In this document: piece after piece, positions 47,218 through 57,888 of the stretch | Numbering within the stretch: position 1 is the first letter of the stretch | Layout: every line of letters starts with the position of its first letter | From: a virus | Direction: 5' to 3' (one strand) | IMG/VR virus record: IMGVR_UViG_3300050132_000112 | Location: 1 to 64,000 of that record | Length of the DNA stretch: 64,000 bases | Program-made: the position numbers and the translations under genes | Notes under the pieces: model-generated | What the model was told of the DNA's origin: nothing | Databases searched by the model: none | What the model saw: only the letters and a program-made list of their open reading frames with translations

Positions 47218-50200
47218 ATGGCAGAAGAAATAGAAGCACCCGTTCAAGAACAACAACCTACACCCTATTTAGATAAGGTGTATTCTGCTTTAAAGGATAA
47301 TCTGTCAGGTTTCAATAAAACACCCGAACAGTTTAAAGAGGCTATGAAAGATAGTACATATGCCGCTAAAGCCTATGGCGCACTTAAAGACAATCTTTCG
47401 GGGTTTAATAAACCACAGGAAGAATTTTATAAGGAGGTCGGTATATCAAAAAACGGCTTGCGCAGCGGTGCGCCAAATACCTCAAACTCATTATCAAATG
47501 GATTGGGGCTTATCCCAAATTCCCCGCAAAGTATTGATTATAGTCCTGTACTTCCTCAAAACAGGGCAGATATAAAAGCACAGCAACAAGCTAAACTACA
47601 AGCGCAAACAGACCACTTTAAGCAACTAAGGGCAGAACTTGACCCCGAAGCACAGAAAGGGTTTGATAAGGCGTTAGAATTAGGCAATACCGCTCATCCT
47701 GACCAATTAGGCGCACCCACAAAAGAAGATATCGACCACTATAACTTTATGCAAACACCCGTAGGTAAAGTATTAGGTACAGCGGGTTATATTGGTTCGG
47801 AAGCAACTCATGGCACATTACAGGTAGCTAAAGGGATAGCCCATTTAGCTAATATGGCAAACAACCCTGCCGCAGCGTTAACAGGAATGCCTGAACCAAC
47901 AGACGAAGCGTTCGCCAAAGCCGATAAATTAGCTGATTTAGGCTTAACCGACAACGATAAAGCAGGTATTGAGAATATGTCTATCCCTACTGTTAATGGG
48001 CATAGGATAGGAATAGGCACAGGAATACAGGCAGCAGGACAATTGGCAAACTTCGCACCTATGGTTGCCGCAGGCGAGGAAATGGGGCTACCTAAAACCA
48101 TGTTGTATTTACAGGGGATGGGGCAAATCAAGGAGATTGCTGATAAAATACCCAACTTAAATCCATTAGCAAAAGAGGCACTCATACAGGGAGGCGGTTT
48201 AGTCAACATGGCATTAGCGGACTTTGGGGGTAAGTATTTCAACAAAGGAGTTTCAAACGCTGTTAAAGACAAGGTTATTCAAGGAATAGCCGCAGATGCG
48301 TTACAAGAGGCCGCAGAAAAAGGATTAGGGGAAGATGGGTATAAAAACTTGTTAACTGGTAAGGCGCAATCATTCGCTGAAAAGTTTGAAAGAGCACCAA
48401 GCGAAGTTTTAAAGCACTACGTCGATGCCACCAAGACTTTTACTAAACTCAATGTTGAAAACTATGCAGTCCATAAAGGGGTTGATGCTTTGCAAACCGC
48501 CAATGGTGACAAACCTGTATTCAATGAGAATTTGGGTAATTTAGCCGAGAATGAAATGAACACGCTAACTAAGCAAGTACCTCTGTTTGGTAGTATCGGT
48601 GCATTAGGTGCTGCATCAAAGCTATTGCCTAATTCGGGTTATGAGAATGAAGTTACCAAGTCCATTATAGACAATCCTACGCAGGCTAACATTGATAACG
48701 TAAAGTACGCCTTAGAACAGCATGGTAACGAGAAAGGGTGGTCACAGGAAGAGTTAAATGCTACTCACGACCATGTTGATAAAATAGCCAAAGCCGTTCA
48801 ATCATTGCCACCGACGATTAAGGATAAAACTAAAGCCGTAGGACTGGTTTTGGATAGGAATGAGTTACAATCCGAACTTGACCAATCTATTGCAGAACGT
48901 AAAAAATTAGACCCTGCGGTTGCGGAATTGCCTTCACCTAAAGAACAATACCTTACCGATAAGGTTGAACAGGCTAATGATAAATTGCGTGGCTTAGTGA
49001 CCGACCAAAAGCCAACCTATTCAAAAGGATTGGCAGTAAATAATGAAGATGGTAAGTTCTTTAAAACAACGGGCGATACCAAGGAAGAAATTGAGCCAAG
49101 CCGTTATGAACTGGAAAGGACTGAACGGGATGCTAAAAAGAAAAACGAAATAACAGAAGTATCTAACATAAATCAAACAGAAAATGGCAACAATGATGAA
49201 AAAATCGGCGGTGGTAATGAAGAAAAAGAAAGCCCCGAAAGCAAAGGTGAAAAAGAAAGCAATTCAGGGACTACCGAAAATGGAAAAGAAAATGACCAAG
49301 AAAGCGGTAGCAATCGGAAAGCAGAAGGGAATGTAGTTAAAGCGGGTGCGGATGAAACTGTACCCGTTACTAACGACCCTATCCGTCAAAAAGCCATTGA
49401 CGCTATTACTCATGGCATAATAGGTGACGGTCAAAGAAAGCCGGGGGACGTATCACCACGCTTTGACTTAGATATGACTACCGATGAGCAAGAACGTGCC
49501 ATACGTCATATCATGCAGGGCAAAACAGATAGTAAATCTGCAAGCAAAATGATTGATAAGGTTGTTGGGTTTGAGAAGAAAGGCGAATATCCTATTATTG
49601 AGGGATTGGGCGGTACTACCGACCGTTCTAAATTTGCTACACCCGAAGAAATACAACAGCACATTGACGATGCCAAGTCATTTAAACTGGCAAAAGAACA
49701 AGATATTGAAGCCAACAATAAAGGCTTACACGATTTAGGAATAACACACCAAGATGTTGCAAGGCATGAGGAATACCTAAATAGCAAAGAAGCAAATCAC
49801 CAATCAGATGCAGATATTGAAAAAAGAATGTCTGAATTGGATAATTACCCATCTTTTTCACCCGAAAGACACGAGTACAATCAACTTGAAAAAGAAATGG
49901 AAAAACGAGAAAAAGATAGCGTTTTTTCAGTCCCATTGGACAAAGCAAGCGATGCCATAGATGCGTTGCTGAAAAAAAATAAAGAAATGCCTAATGGGTA
50001 TGGGGCTTTCATAGAAAAACGTGATGCAAGAGAATCTAAAGCGGTTATTGAAAGATACACAACAGATAGGAATGAATTAAGTGAAAGAGATATTAAATCT
50101 GATTTTAAAGGGGCTTTAATGGGCAACCCTGATACATGGTATGCCGATGGGTTAAAGTTGAGGGAATCGGCTAATTTGGCTGCTGAAAGAGGTATAAATA

Positions 50201-53200
50201 TAGGCGATTTGCTAAAAAATGTTCAGGATGAATTTACAAAGGACGGTTATGACGATAAAACATCAAAACAGGTCATAGCAAGAATGTTATCAACTATAAT
50301 AAATAAAGAAAATGGAAAACAAAACGCAGGAGAACAAGGAACAACCGATAACGGACGACCAACTGAAAACACTGCAAGCGATGTACAACGCCCCGAAAAT
50401 GACGAAAAGGCAAGCGTACCACAAAGTACAGGCGGTGAAACAACACAAAGCAAGCCTGAAAGCCGAAAGGGAAGTTTAAGCGAAGATAAGGCGAAGCGAC
50501 TAAAAGAACTTCGTAAAACATTTTCAGGTCAATTAAACGATGTAACCCGTATTCCTACCTTATTAGCAAATAAAGAGTTTAGGGAATATGCAGGGTTGGT
50601 GTTTGAGGACACTTTGGGTGATTTTAAAGCCTTTTCTAAAGAACTGATAGACAATGTTGGTGAAAAGATAAAAGAGCACCTACCGAACTTATATAAGGAA
50701 TTAGGTGGTAAATTACCCGATGAAGAACCTAAAGAACCAACTGGTATCAGGAATGCGGATGTTGAGACAGAACGGGGCAAAGTTGTACCTCGTGATAAAA
50801 TGACCAAAGACCAAATCGAGGCAGAGGGTAAGCGTTTAGTTGATGAGGGTGAGGTTGACCCCGACGAATTGGCTCAACAGGTTATAAAGGATAAAAAGCC
50901 TATTACTGCCGAAGAACAAGCGGCGTTGCTTTACCATAAAACAAAACTGAAAAAAGAACAGCGTTCTATTTTAAAGGACAATGAAGAAAACCCTGATAAT
51001 GTAACCGAAAATCAAATTAAATACGCTAAAAACGCAGATTTGATAGATGCTAATCAACAGGCAACTGAAATAGCGGGTAACGTTACGGGTCGTGCTTTGG
51101 GCTTTAGAACCGAAACCATGAACGAGGATTTCTCCCGTAATTCAGTTATGCGCAGGGCTAAGATGGCGAACCAAAATGAACCATTAGAACCCAAGGACGA
51201 AAAGGCATTAGAAGCACATACCAAACGTATTGAGGAACTTGAAAACAAACTGTCTGACAGGGAACAACAGATACGTAAACTATACGAAGACGGCATTGTA
51301 AATAAGGTTAACAGAAATGCTCATGCCGAAGAACGTGCCGCCAAGCGGGATGTAACGAAAGCATCGTTGCGTAAAGAACGTGAGGGTTTATTGGCAGACT
51401 TACATTTAATTGCTAAAAAATCACGTGGAACATTAGGTGCCAATAAAATACCATTAGACATGGTTGTACCGCTTACTAAGTTAGCACGTAACTATGTTCT
51501 TGACGGCGTAGTAACCCTATCAGGCGTAGTGGATAAACTGTACACAGACCTTAAAGACCATATTGAAGATTTAAACAAGGAAGATATTAAGGATATTGTC
51601 AAAGAGCAATTCTCTAACTACCTGCATGAGCAAAATGCACTTCGTTTAAAGCGATCTAAAACTTTATTACAGACCAAGCTTGATAAACTTAAAGAGCAAA
51701 ACACTACGGGTAATGTAGAAAAGGATGTTAGGCGTAAAATAGAAGTAGATAACGACTATTTAAAAATACGTGCTGACATCAATAGGGAGCAAACCTTAAT
51801 CAATAAGAAGATAGCCGACATAGAACAATCTAATAAGTCTACCCAAAGAAAAGTTGTTGACCTTGCCGTTAAATATGGTAGACAGGCTAAACTTGCCGCT
51901 GTTAAGGTGTTAGGTAAATTGGCGGCTGCAGGATTGACTACGTTGACTTTAAAGCCCATTACAGAGGGTATAGGCACATTTTATTCAGCATTACTACCAA
52001 AGATAGCAGATAAGGCTACAATTGAAGGTAAGGGAAATTTAAAGGTTTTAGCGAATGCGTATGCAAAGGCAGCAACATTGGGCATGGAGGATGCTTATAA
52101 AGAGTTAAACATTAAAAAAGGCGGTCAATCGGATTTGTCGGCATTATATGGCAAGTTTCAGGTTTCTAAACTACCTGCGGAAGCGGCAGATTTCTTTGGT
52201 CACATTCACTCCGCTATAAAAGCACCTGTTAAAAGATTTGCATGGGAATACTCTTATGCCAAACGGATGGAAAACCAAATGCGGCAAGGTATCGATGTTC
52301 AAGACCCTGTTATAGATGCTAAGAACCGATTGGATGCCTATAAGGATGCTGAGAGAGCAATATTCATGGGGGATAACGTAATATCTAAAGCCTACGAAGC
52401 CGCTTTGTCGCCGATGGAAAAGGGTAGCAGTAACTTCGGGAAAAACATTGCGGCTACTGCCCGTATTCTATTACCTTTCGTTAAAGTACCAACCAATATT
52501 GCTTTATCAACAGGTCGCCATGCTTTTGGGTTATTGATGGGTGGTTCTAAATTAGCACAGATAGGCACATCATCAGCGTTGCGCATGGCGGGTGCTGAAA
52601 AAATGGCTAAGATTATCCATACGGGCATGGGTGAGTTAACGCCCGAAGAGAGCGATATGGTCATGAGAAATCTCAAAGTAGGTTCAATCGGCGGTGCTGC
52701 TTTATTATTGGGGTTCTACAATCCTAAAAATGTAGGTGGCTTTTATCAAGAGAACGAACACCGTAAAAAAGGCGATGCTGAGGCAGACGCTTTAAAGATA
52801 TTTGGACATTCCGTTCCTAAATTCCTGACAGAGCACCCGATATTCCAAGCCATGCAAGTAGGTGCAACATTCAGAAGGGTATTAGATGCCCATAAACACA
52901 AAGATGATAATGTGAATGCAGCTACATTAGCAACAGTTTCGGGATTAGCAGAGGGCATACCGTTGGCTAATGAGGCGAAAACATTTACCGATTTATTCGG
53001 AAGCGATACAAAGAAGTTCAATAAGTTTATTTCAAATGTGGTTAAGGGCGAAGTTGAACCGTCCGTATTACAGGAAATGGCGCAAGTTACCGATACTAAG
53101 AACGGTGCTGTAATGTCATTGAATAGTGATAATCAAAATAAACGCTTCCCCGATAAGAAACATGGCTTATTGAAATACATGAAGCAAGACCTAATGATAG

Positions 53201-53241
53201 GTATTCCCGGTGCTCGCAAATACGTGCCTAAAAAACATTAA
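47218..53241 (+). CDS. 2007-aa large ejection/polyvalent virion protein
   Basis: Size, position, C-terminal LLPFVKVPTNIA motif; no RNAP DxDGD motif seen. Confidence 0.7.
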   Translation: MAEEIEAPVQEQQPTPYLDKVYSALKDNLSGFNKTPEQFKEAMKDSTYAAKAYGALKDNLSGFNKPQEEFYKEVGISKNGLRSGAPNTSNSLSNGLGLIPNSPQSIDYSPVLPQNRADIKAQQQAKLQAQTDHFKQLRAELDPEAQKGFDKALELGNTAHPDQLGAPTKEDIDHYNFMQTPVGKVLGTAGYIGSEATHGTLQVAKGIAHLANMANNPAAALTGMPEPTDEAFAKADKLADLGLTDNDKAGIENMSIPTVNGHRIGIGTGIQAAGQLANFAPMVAAGEEMGLPKTMLYLQGMGQIKEIADKIPNLNPLAKEALIQGGGLVNMALADFGGKYFNKGVSNAVKDKVIQGIAADALQEAAEKGLGEDGYKNLLTGKAQSFAEKFERAPSEVLKHYVDATKTFTKLNVENYAVHKGVDALQTANGDKPVFNENLGNLAENEMNTLTKQVPLFGSIGALGAASKLLPNSGYENEVTKSIIDNPTQANIDNVKYALEQHGNEKGWSQEELNATHDHVDKIAKAVQSLPPTIKDKTKAVGLVLDRNELQSELDQSIAERKKLDPAVAELPSPKEQYLTDKVEQANDKLRGLVTDQKPTYSKGLAVNNEDGKFFKTTGDTKEEIEPSRYELERTERDAKKKNEITEVSNINQTENGNNDEKIGGGNEEKESPESKGEKESNSGTTENGKENDQESGSNRKAEGNVVKAGADETVPVTNDPIRQKAIDAITHGIIGDGQRKPGDVSPRFDLDMTTDEQERAIRHIMQGKTDSKSASKMIDKVVGFEKKGEYPIIEGLGGTTDRSKFATPEEIQQHIDDAKSFKLAKEQDIEANNKGLHDLGITHQDVARHEEYLNSKEANHQSDADIEKRMSELDNYPSFSPERHEYNQLEKEMEKREKDSVFSVPLDKASDAIDALLKKNKEMPNGYGAFIEKRDARESKAVIERYTTDRNELSERDIKSDFKGALMGNPDTWYADGLKLRESANLAAERGINIGDLLKNVQDEFTKDGYDDKTSKQVIARMLSTIINKENGKQNAGEQGTTDNGRPTENTASDVQRPENDEKASVPQSTGGETTQSKPESRKGSLSEDKAKRLKELRKTFSGQLNDVTRIPTLLANKEFREYAGLVFEDTLGDFKAFSKELIDNVGEKIKEHLPNLYKELGGKLPDEEPKEPTGIRNADVETERGKVVPRDKMTKDQIEAEGKRLVDEGEVDPDELAQQVIKDKKPITAEEQAALLYHKTKLKKEQRSILKDNEENPDNVTENQIKYAKNADLIDANQQATEIAGNVTGRALGFRTETMNEDFSRNSVMRRAKMANQNEPLEPKDEKALEAHTKRIEELENKLSDREQQIRKLYEDGIVNKVNRNAHAEERAAKRDVTKASLRKEREGLLADLHLIAKKSRGTLGANKIPLDMVVPLTKLARNYVLDGVVTLSGVVDKLYTDLKDHIEDLNKEDIKDIVKEQFSNYLHEQNALRLKRSKTLLQTKLDKLKEQNTTGNVEKDVRRKIEVDNDYLKIRADINREQTLINKKIADIEQSNKSTQRKVVDLAVKYGRQAKLAAVKVLGKLAAAGLTTLTLKPITEGIGTFYSALLPKIADKATIEGKGNLKVLANAYAKAATLGMEDAYKELNIKKGGQSDLSALYGKFQVSKLPAEAADFFGHIHSAIKAPVKRFAWEYSYAKRMENQMRQGIDVQDPVIDAKNRLDAYKDAERAIFMGDNVISKAYEAALSPMEKGSSNFGKNIAATARILLPFVKVPTNIALSTGRHAFGLLMGGSKLAQIGTSSALRMAGAEKMAKIIHTGMGELTPEESDMVMRNLKVGSIGGAALLLGFYNPKNVGGFYQENEHRKKGDAEADALKIFGHSVPKFLTEHPIFQAMQVGATFRRVLDAHKHKDDNVNAATLATVSGLAEGIPLANEAKTFTDLFGSDTKKFNKFISNVVKGEVEPSVLQEMAQVTDTKNGAVMSLNSDNQNKRFPDKKHGLLKYMKQDLMIGIPGARKYVPKKH

Positions 53242-53282
53242 TCCAAAAACCTATTTTTACGGCAACAAAAAGCAGTAAAAAT

Positions 53283-53732
53283 ATGGCCGTACTAACCTCA
53301 GCAACCATCACGCAAGACCCCACAGGTACGCCAGTGACATATACTGATACCTCTACGGGCGTAACAGGCTTAATAAGCCGTACATTAACCATAACAGATG
53401 CTAACGGCAACGTTTTACAAGTAGTTAATATGGGTTCCACCTTAGTGTATAATTTCCCAATGACAAAGGATTTATACCTTTCATTTGGCTTAGTTATTAT
53501 TGATTCAACAGGAACATATCCGTTAACTAAAAACTATCTATCGACCGTATTTTACCAAATAGCCTTTTCTAATGCTATCGCTACGTATGGTGCTAATTGC
53601 AATCCTAATAAATGTTCGATATACGATAAGTCTTTACAATATAAGACCGCTGCCGATATATTCGCTTCAAGGGGATTAGCACCTGCAGCCCAACAATCAA
53701 TCGACGCTGCTAATAAATACATAGGAAACTAA
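53283..53732 (+). CDS. putative tail protein
   Basis: T-rich beta N-terminus, position. Confidence 0.55.
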   Translation: MAVLTSATITQDPTGTPVTYTDTSTGVTGLISRTLTITDANGNVLQVVNMGSTLVYNFPMTKDLYLSFGLVIIDSTGTYPLTKNYLSTVFYQIAFSNAIATYGANCNPNKCSIYDKSLQYKTAADIFASRGLAPAAQQSIDAANKYIGN

Positions 53733-53734
53733 AA

Positions 53735-54286
53735 ATGCCAACGCAAGCACAAATACAGCAAACTATCTATTCAGGTCAACTGATGTTCGCCAATTTGGTT
53801 AATGTTGACCGTATCTTAGTTTCTAACGGTTTCCAAACAGAGAATAGCGGCTTAATAAAGCAGTATCAAAACAACGTACAGGCACTTATTTACAGGCTTA
53901 ACCTGACCGACTATACCAGTAAGACAACCCAAACAATATATGACCGATTAAACTCGCTTATAGGGGTTGATACTACCGTTAATACGTTTGACCCTAATTA
54001 TACCACACCGGGGGTCGTAATCAACAATATTATTATAAACGAACCAATAACATTGAATAAAACAGCGGCAGACTTGGTATATGATTCGGTTGCAGATGCC
54101 TATTATTTACCGTTCCTTAACAATAATGGTGTTGGATTACCTTTAAATAGTGTTCCAGTATCAGTAGTTTTAAACGGCGTTCAAATAAGCCCCGCCTTAG
54201 ACGAAACGCATATGCCGCAAAGGTTGTACGGATTTGCTAACGCAACACCCCCACAAGTCATCACCGTAACCGTAGTAACACCATGA
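53735..54286 (+). CDS. putative tail/fibre adaptor protein
   Basis: Position; ATGA-coupled to fibre gene. Confidence 0.5.
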   Translation: MPTQAQIQQTIYSGQLMFANLVNVDRILVSNGFQTENSGLIKQYQNNVQALIYRLNLTDYTSKTTQTIYDRLNSLIGVDTTVNTFDPNYTTPGVVINNIIINEPITLNKTAADLVYDSVADAYYLPFLNNNGVGLPLNSVPVSVVLNGVQISPALDETHMPQRLYGFANATPPQVITVTVVTP

Positions 54287-57200
54287 GAAAACTATTAACT
54301 ATATTACTACTATTCATTACTTCGGTAAGTTTTGCGCAAACCTATTCAAACACAGGTACGGCTAACTTACAACGTGCTTTATTCGGCGGTGACACCTTGT
54401 ACCGTAATAACATGGGTGCTTTAGGGAATGTTAATTGGTATGATAAATATCAAGTTGATAGATTAATTAACAGTCTTTCTACTGGCTATGTACCAAACTC
54501 AAGAACCCTAACTGTTAATGGCGTATCTTTTGATCTAACCAATAATCGCTCATGGAACGTAGGTACGGTAACAGCATTAAGTAAAACAGATGGTTATGGA
54601 TTTCTATCAACCCTAACCAACCCGACCATTACACCTAATTTTGCTGGGCGTATAGACACTTCTGTAATTGCAAGCCTACTACACTATAACACAACTATCG
54701 GAATGGCTACAGCGGCTTATTTGGCGTTAAAAGCACCTTTAGCAAGCCCTGTATTAACAGGCATTCCCACAGCACCTACGGCTACGTTGGGAACAAATAC
54801 CAATCAGATAGCTACCATGGCGGCTATACAGGCGGCTATTGCCGGTTCAGGCGCAGGAAGCGTGTCAACCGTATCAGTGGTAACGGCTAATGGCGTTTCG
54901 GGAACGGTAGCCAATCCAACAACTACACCTGCGATTACCCTAACTTTAGGGGCGATAACACCAACATCAACAAACGGAGTAAGTGCCGCTACCATGGCTT
55001 TTAACGACGCTACAAGCAGCATACAGACACAATTAAATAGTAAACAAGCATCATTAGGGTTCACACCTGAAAACATGGCTAATAAGACCGCAACCGCATC
55101 AGCAAGCACCACTACTTATCCTAATTGGAATGGATTAGAAACGTATGTTGCAGCACAAGGGTTTGGCAATGGCACAGTAACCTCTTTTGGTAAGGTTGAC
55201 CAATTCGGTATAGTGTCAAGTGTAGCCAATCCGACTACCACTCCTGTTTATACGGCAAAAGTGGATAGTACGACAGTTGAAAGTAAGGTAAACTTTAACA
55301 CTACTATTGGTACAGCCACATCAACCGCATTATCGGGGAAGCAAGCGACAATAGGTTATACTACTGAGAATATTGCTAATAAGGCAACCGATTTTACTAC
55401 TTTAAATAATACATTATACCCAACAACCCAAGCGGTTTCTAATTATGTTTCTGCTAACTACGTACCATTAAGTAGAACATTAACTATTAATGGTACGACA
55501 CAAGATTTATCAACAAACAGAACTTTTACAATATCAAGTCTGCCACCATCAGGAACAGCGGGAGGGTCGTTAGGTGGTACATATCCTAATCCCACAGTAG
55601 TTACGAATGCCAATCTTACTGGTATTGTTACAAGTATAGGAAATGCCACATCCATAGCTAATGGTGCAATAGGAAATTCCTTGCTTACTAATTCAAGTAT
55701 CACAGTTAATGGTACACCAATATCTTTGGGTAGTTCTGTGACGGCTGTTTCATCAGTAGGCGGTACAACAAACAGAATCACTTCTACAGGTGGTACAACA
55801 CCAGTAATAGATATCTCTGCATCTTACATAGGGCAATCAAGTATCACTAATGTTGGTACTATATCTACGGGTACGTGGAGCGGCTTATTTGGAGCAGTTA
55901 GTGGGGCTAATCTTACCAATATAACTCCTGCTAATATAGGTACAGGTACTGCACCAATAAATATTACAGGGAATGCAGCAAGTGTTACATTTAATAGTGT
56001 AGTAGGAGGTGGACCTTACCCATTATTGGTTAATAGTGCTGGTTCGGTTGGTTATAATTCACTTATTAATGTAGACCCTATTACGAGTACAATTTTTGCC
56101 GACCATTTTGCAGGCTCTGCTCTAAGATTAGACACTCCTCGCCTCATACAAGGTATCCCGTTTGATGGAACTGCCAATATTAATATAATTAATGGGACAG
56201 GGTATGTAAAGTCTACAGGTACAACACTAAGCTATGATAACTCGGTGTTTAATCTTCAAACGGTTACTACCTTAGGTAATTCTACTACGATTGCGCCATT
56301 TTTTAATGGAGGAGCGATGTTTGATGGGAATATCGGTGGTTTTAGTCCGGGTAGATTTGATGCTAAAATTACAGCAACAAATGCCGTTACGGGGGGGCAT
56401 ACAATAGTAGATTTGATAAATGTTCTTGCTAATGATGAGGCAGCAATAAACTTTACAGGTATGTTAAGCGATAGCTCCTTTGTTCAAATGGGAGCAATTG
56501 GGATGTTTTGGGAGAATTTCGACAATAATCCGAGTACTCGTATCCCTACTCTTTACTGGCATGGTAATGGATGGAATGGAGATAATGAACCACTTATTCT
56601 TAAAAGCTATAATACAGTAGTTTTAGGAGCAGGTGCAACATCTGCATTGCCATTTAAAGATGCTTATGCAGCTAATACAACGCTTGTAAAAAACAATCTT
56701 GTAACAGAATTAAATAACACGTTTAACGGGAGTATACTTGCAGGAACATCAGGCTCTAACCTTTTATTAGAAAAGTCAACAGGAGCAAGTGTTGTGTTTA
56801 ATAGAAGTGGAACAATGAACGCTTTAATGGAAGACGATGGAAATAAATTTGGCTTTTATTATGGCACGTCGCCAACTTTATCACTTACTGTAGGCTCAAC
56901 AATAGTGGGAAGCGTCCCTATCTCTGCAACAAACTTATCAGGAACAAATACTGGCGATGAAACTACAGGAAGAATTAATGCATTATATGGATATACGCCT
57001 GCTAATGGTGCAAATTATGTTTTAAAATCAGGGGATGATATGACCGGGCATTTAGGTATAACTGTTACATCTGGCAGCAACTTATATTTGGATAGGTCTA
57101 CAGGGGCATCAATGGCCTTTAGGCGTTCAGGAACTTTGGCTGCTTTGATAGAAGAAGATGGTAATGCTTTTGGTTTTTACACAGGTACGGGAAATACTCC

Positions 57201-57720
57201 TGCCGCATCCATATCACCAACAGCAGCTACTTTTTATGGTAGTCTTTCTGTGCCATCTATTAAGCCCGCAGTTGTATATCAAACATCAGCGGGAACGGCT
57301 GGAACAGATAGTATAGCAGTTAAAATTGGAAGTACTGGTAAGTTAGGAGCTATTGCCGCTTCATCAGTGCCTATTTACTCAGAAAGTTCATGGACACCTA
57401 CTGGTTCAACAACAATATCGGTAACTTCAGCCACATATACAAAAATTGGAAATCAAGTATTTGCAAGGTTTAAAATTAGTATTAACACAAATGTAAGTGG
57501 GAGTACATTTTCTATATCAGGATTACCTTTTGCAAACTCATCGAGTAGTTATGGTTCAGTCAATTTTAGTTTAATAACAAACGGTACACTTTATACAGGC
57601 GAGGTACAACCCGGTAATAGCAATTTTAATATGTATACCGCAGCCGGGGTTTTAGTCACAAATCTACAAGTTAGTAATTCATCTATTGATGGAGTGGTTA
57701 TTTATAATACAACGAATTAA
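54283..57720 (+). CDS. tail fibre-like protein with N-terminal Sec signal peptide
   Basis: KAPLASPVLTGIPTAPT, GTVTS repeats, WTP..ATYTKIGNQV..ISGLPF knob; MRKLLTILLLFITSVSFA|Q. Confidence 0.8.
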   Translation: MRKLLTILLLFITSVSFAQTYSNTGTANLQRALFGGDTLYRNNMGALGNVNWYDKYQVDRLINSLSTGYVPNSRTLTVNGVSFDLTNNRSWNVGTVTALSKTDGYGFLSTLTNPTITPNFAGRIDTSVIASLLHYNTTIGMATAAYLALKAPLASPVLTGIPTAPTATLGTNTNQIATMAAIQAAIAGSGAGSVSTVSVVTANGVSGTVANPTTTPAITLTLGAITPTSTNGVSAATMAFNDATSSIQTQLNSKQASLGFTPENMANKTATASASTTTYPNWNGLETYVAAQGFGNGTVTSFGKVDQFGIVSSVANPTTTPVYTAKVDSTTVESKVNFNTTIGTATSTALSGKQATIGYTTENIANKATDFTTLNNTLYPTTQAVSNYVSANYVPLSRTLTINGTTQDLSTNRTFTISSLPPSGTAGGSLGGTYPNPTVVTNANLTGIVTSIGNATSIANGAIGNSLLTNSSITVNGTPISLGSSVTAVSSVGGTTNRITSTGGTTPVIDISASYIGQSSITNVGTISTGTWSGLFGAVSGANLTNITPANIGTGTAPINITGNAASVTFNSVVGGGPYPLLVNSAGSVGYNSLINVDPITSTIFADHFAGSALRLDTPRLIQGIPFDGTANINIINGTGYVKSTGTTLSYDNSVFNLQTVTTLGNSTTIAPFFNGGAMFDGNIGGFSPGRFDAKITATNAVTGGHTIVDLINVLANDEAAINFTGMLSDSSFVQMGAIGMFWENFDNNPSTRIPTLYWHGNGWNGDNEPLILKSYNTVVLGAGATSALPFKDAYAANTTLVKNNLVTELNNTFNGSILAGTSGSNLLLEKSTGASVVFNRSGTMNALMEDDGNKFGFYYGTSPTLSLTVGSTIVGSVPISATNLSGTNTGDETTGRINALYGYTPANGANYVLKSGDDMTGHLGITVTSGSNLYLDRSTGASMAFRRSGTLAALIEEDGNAFGFYTGTGNTPAASISPTAATFYGSLSVPSIKPAVVYQTSAGTAGTDSIAVKIGSTGKLGAIAASSVPIYSESSWTPTGSTTISVTSATYTKIGNQVFARFKISINTNVSGSTFSISGLPFANSSSSYGSVNFSLITNGTLYTGEVQPGNSNFNMYTAAGVLVTNLQVSNSSIDGVVIYNTTN

Positions 57721-57744
57721 ATCAACACCTTAAACAAATATAAA

Positions 57745-57888
57745 ATGAATGAATCAGAAAAAAAACCAGAAACCGTAGACAAGTTAGCAGACGATACTTG
57801 TCCTACTGGTTACTATTGGGATGAAGAAACCCAAAAATGTATTTTAGATGTCGGTCCACCGCCAAACAAAGTTGAAGAAAGTGAATAA
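57745..57888 (+). CDS. 47-aa acidic peptide with C-x12-C motif
   Basis: Hand-translated MNESEKKPETVDKLADDTCPTGYYWDEETQKCILDVGPPPNKVEESE; A-rich leader. Confidence 0.7.
   Translation: MNESEKKPETVDKLADDTCPTGYYWDEETQKCILDVGPPPNKVEESE

Noticed and set aside
47218-53241. crAss-like virion RNA polymerase
   Set aside because: No DxDGD catalytic motif in the translation
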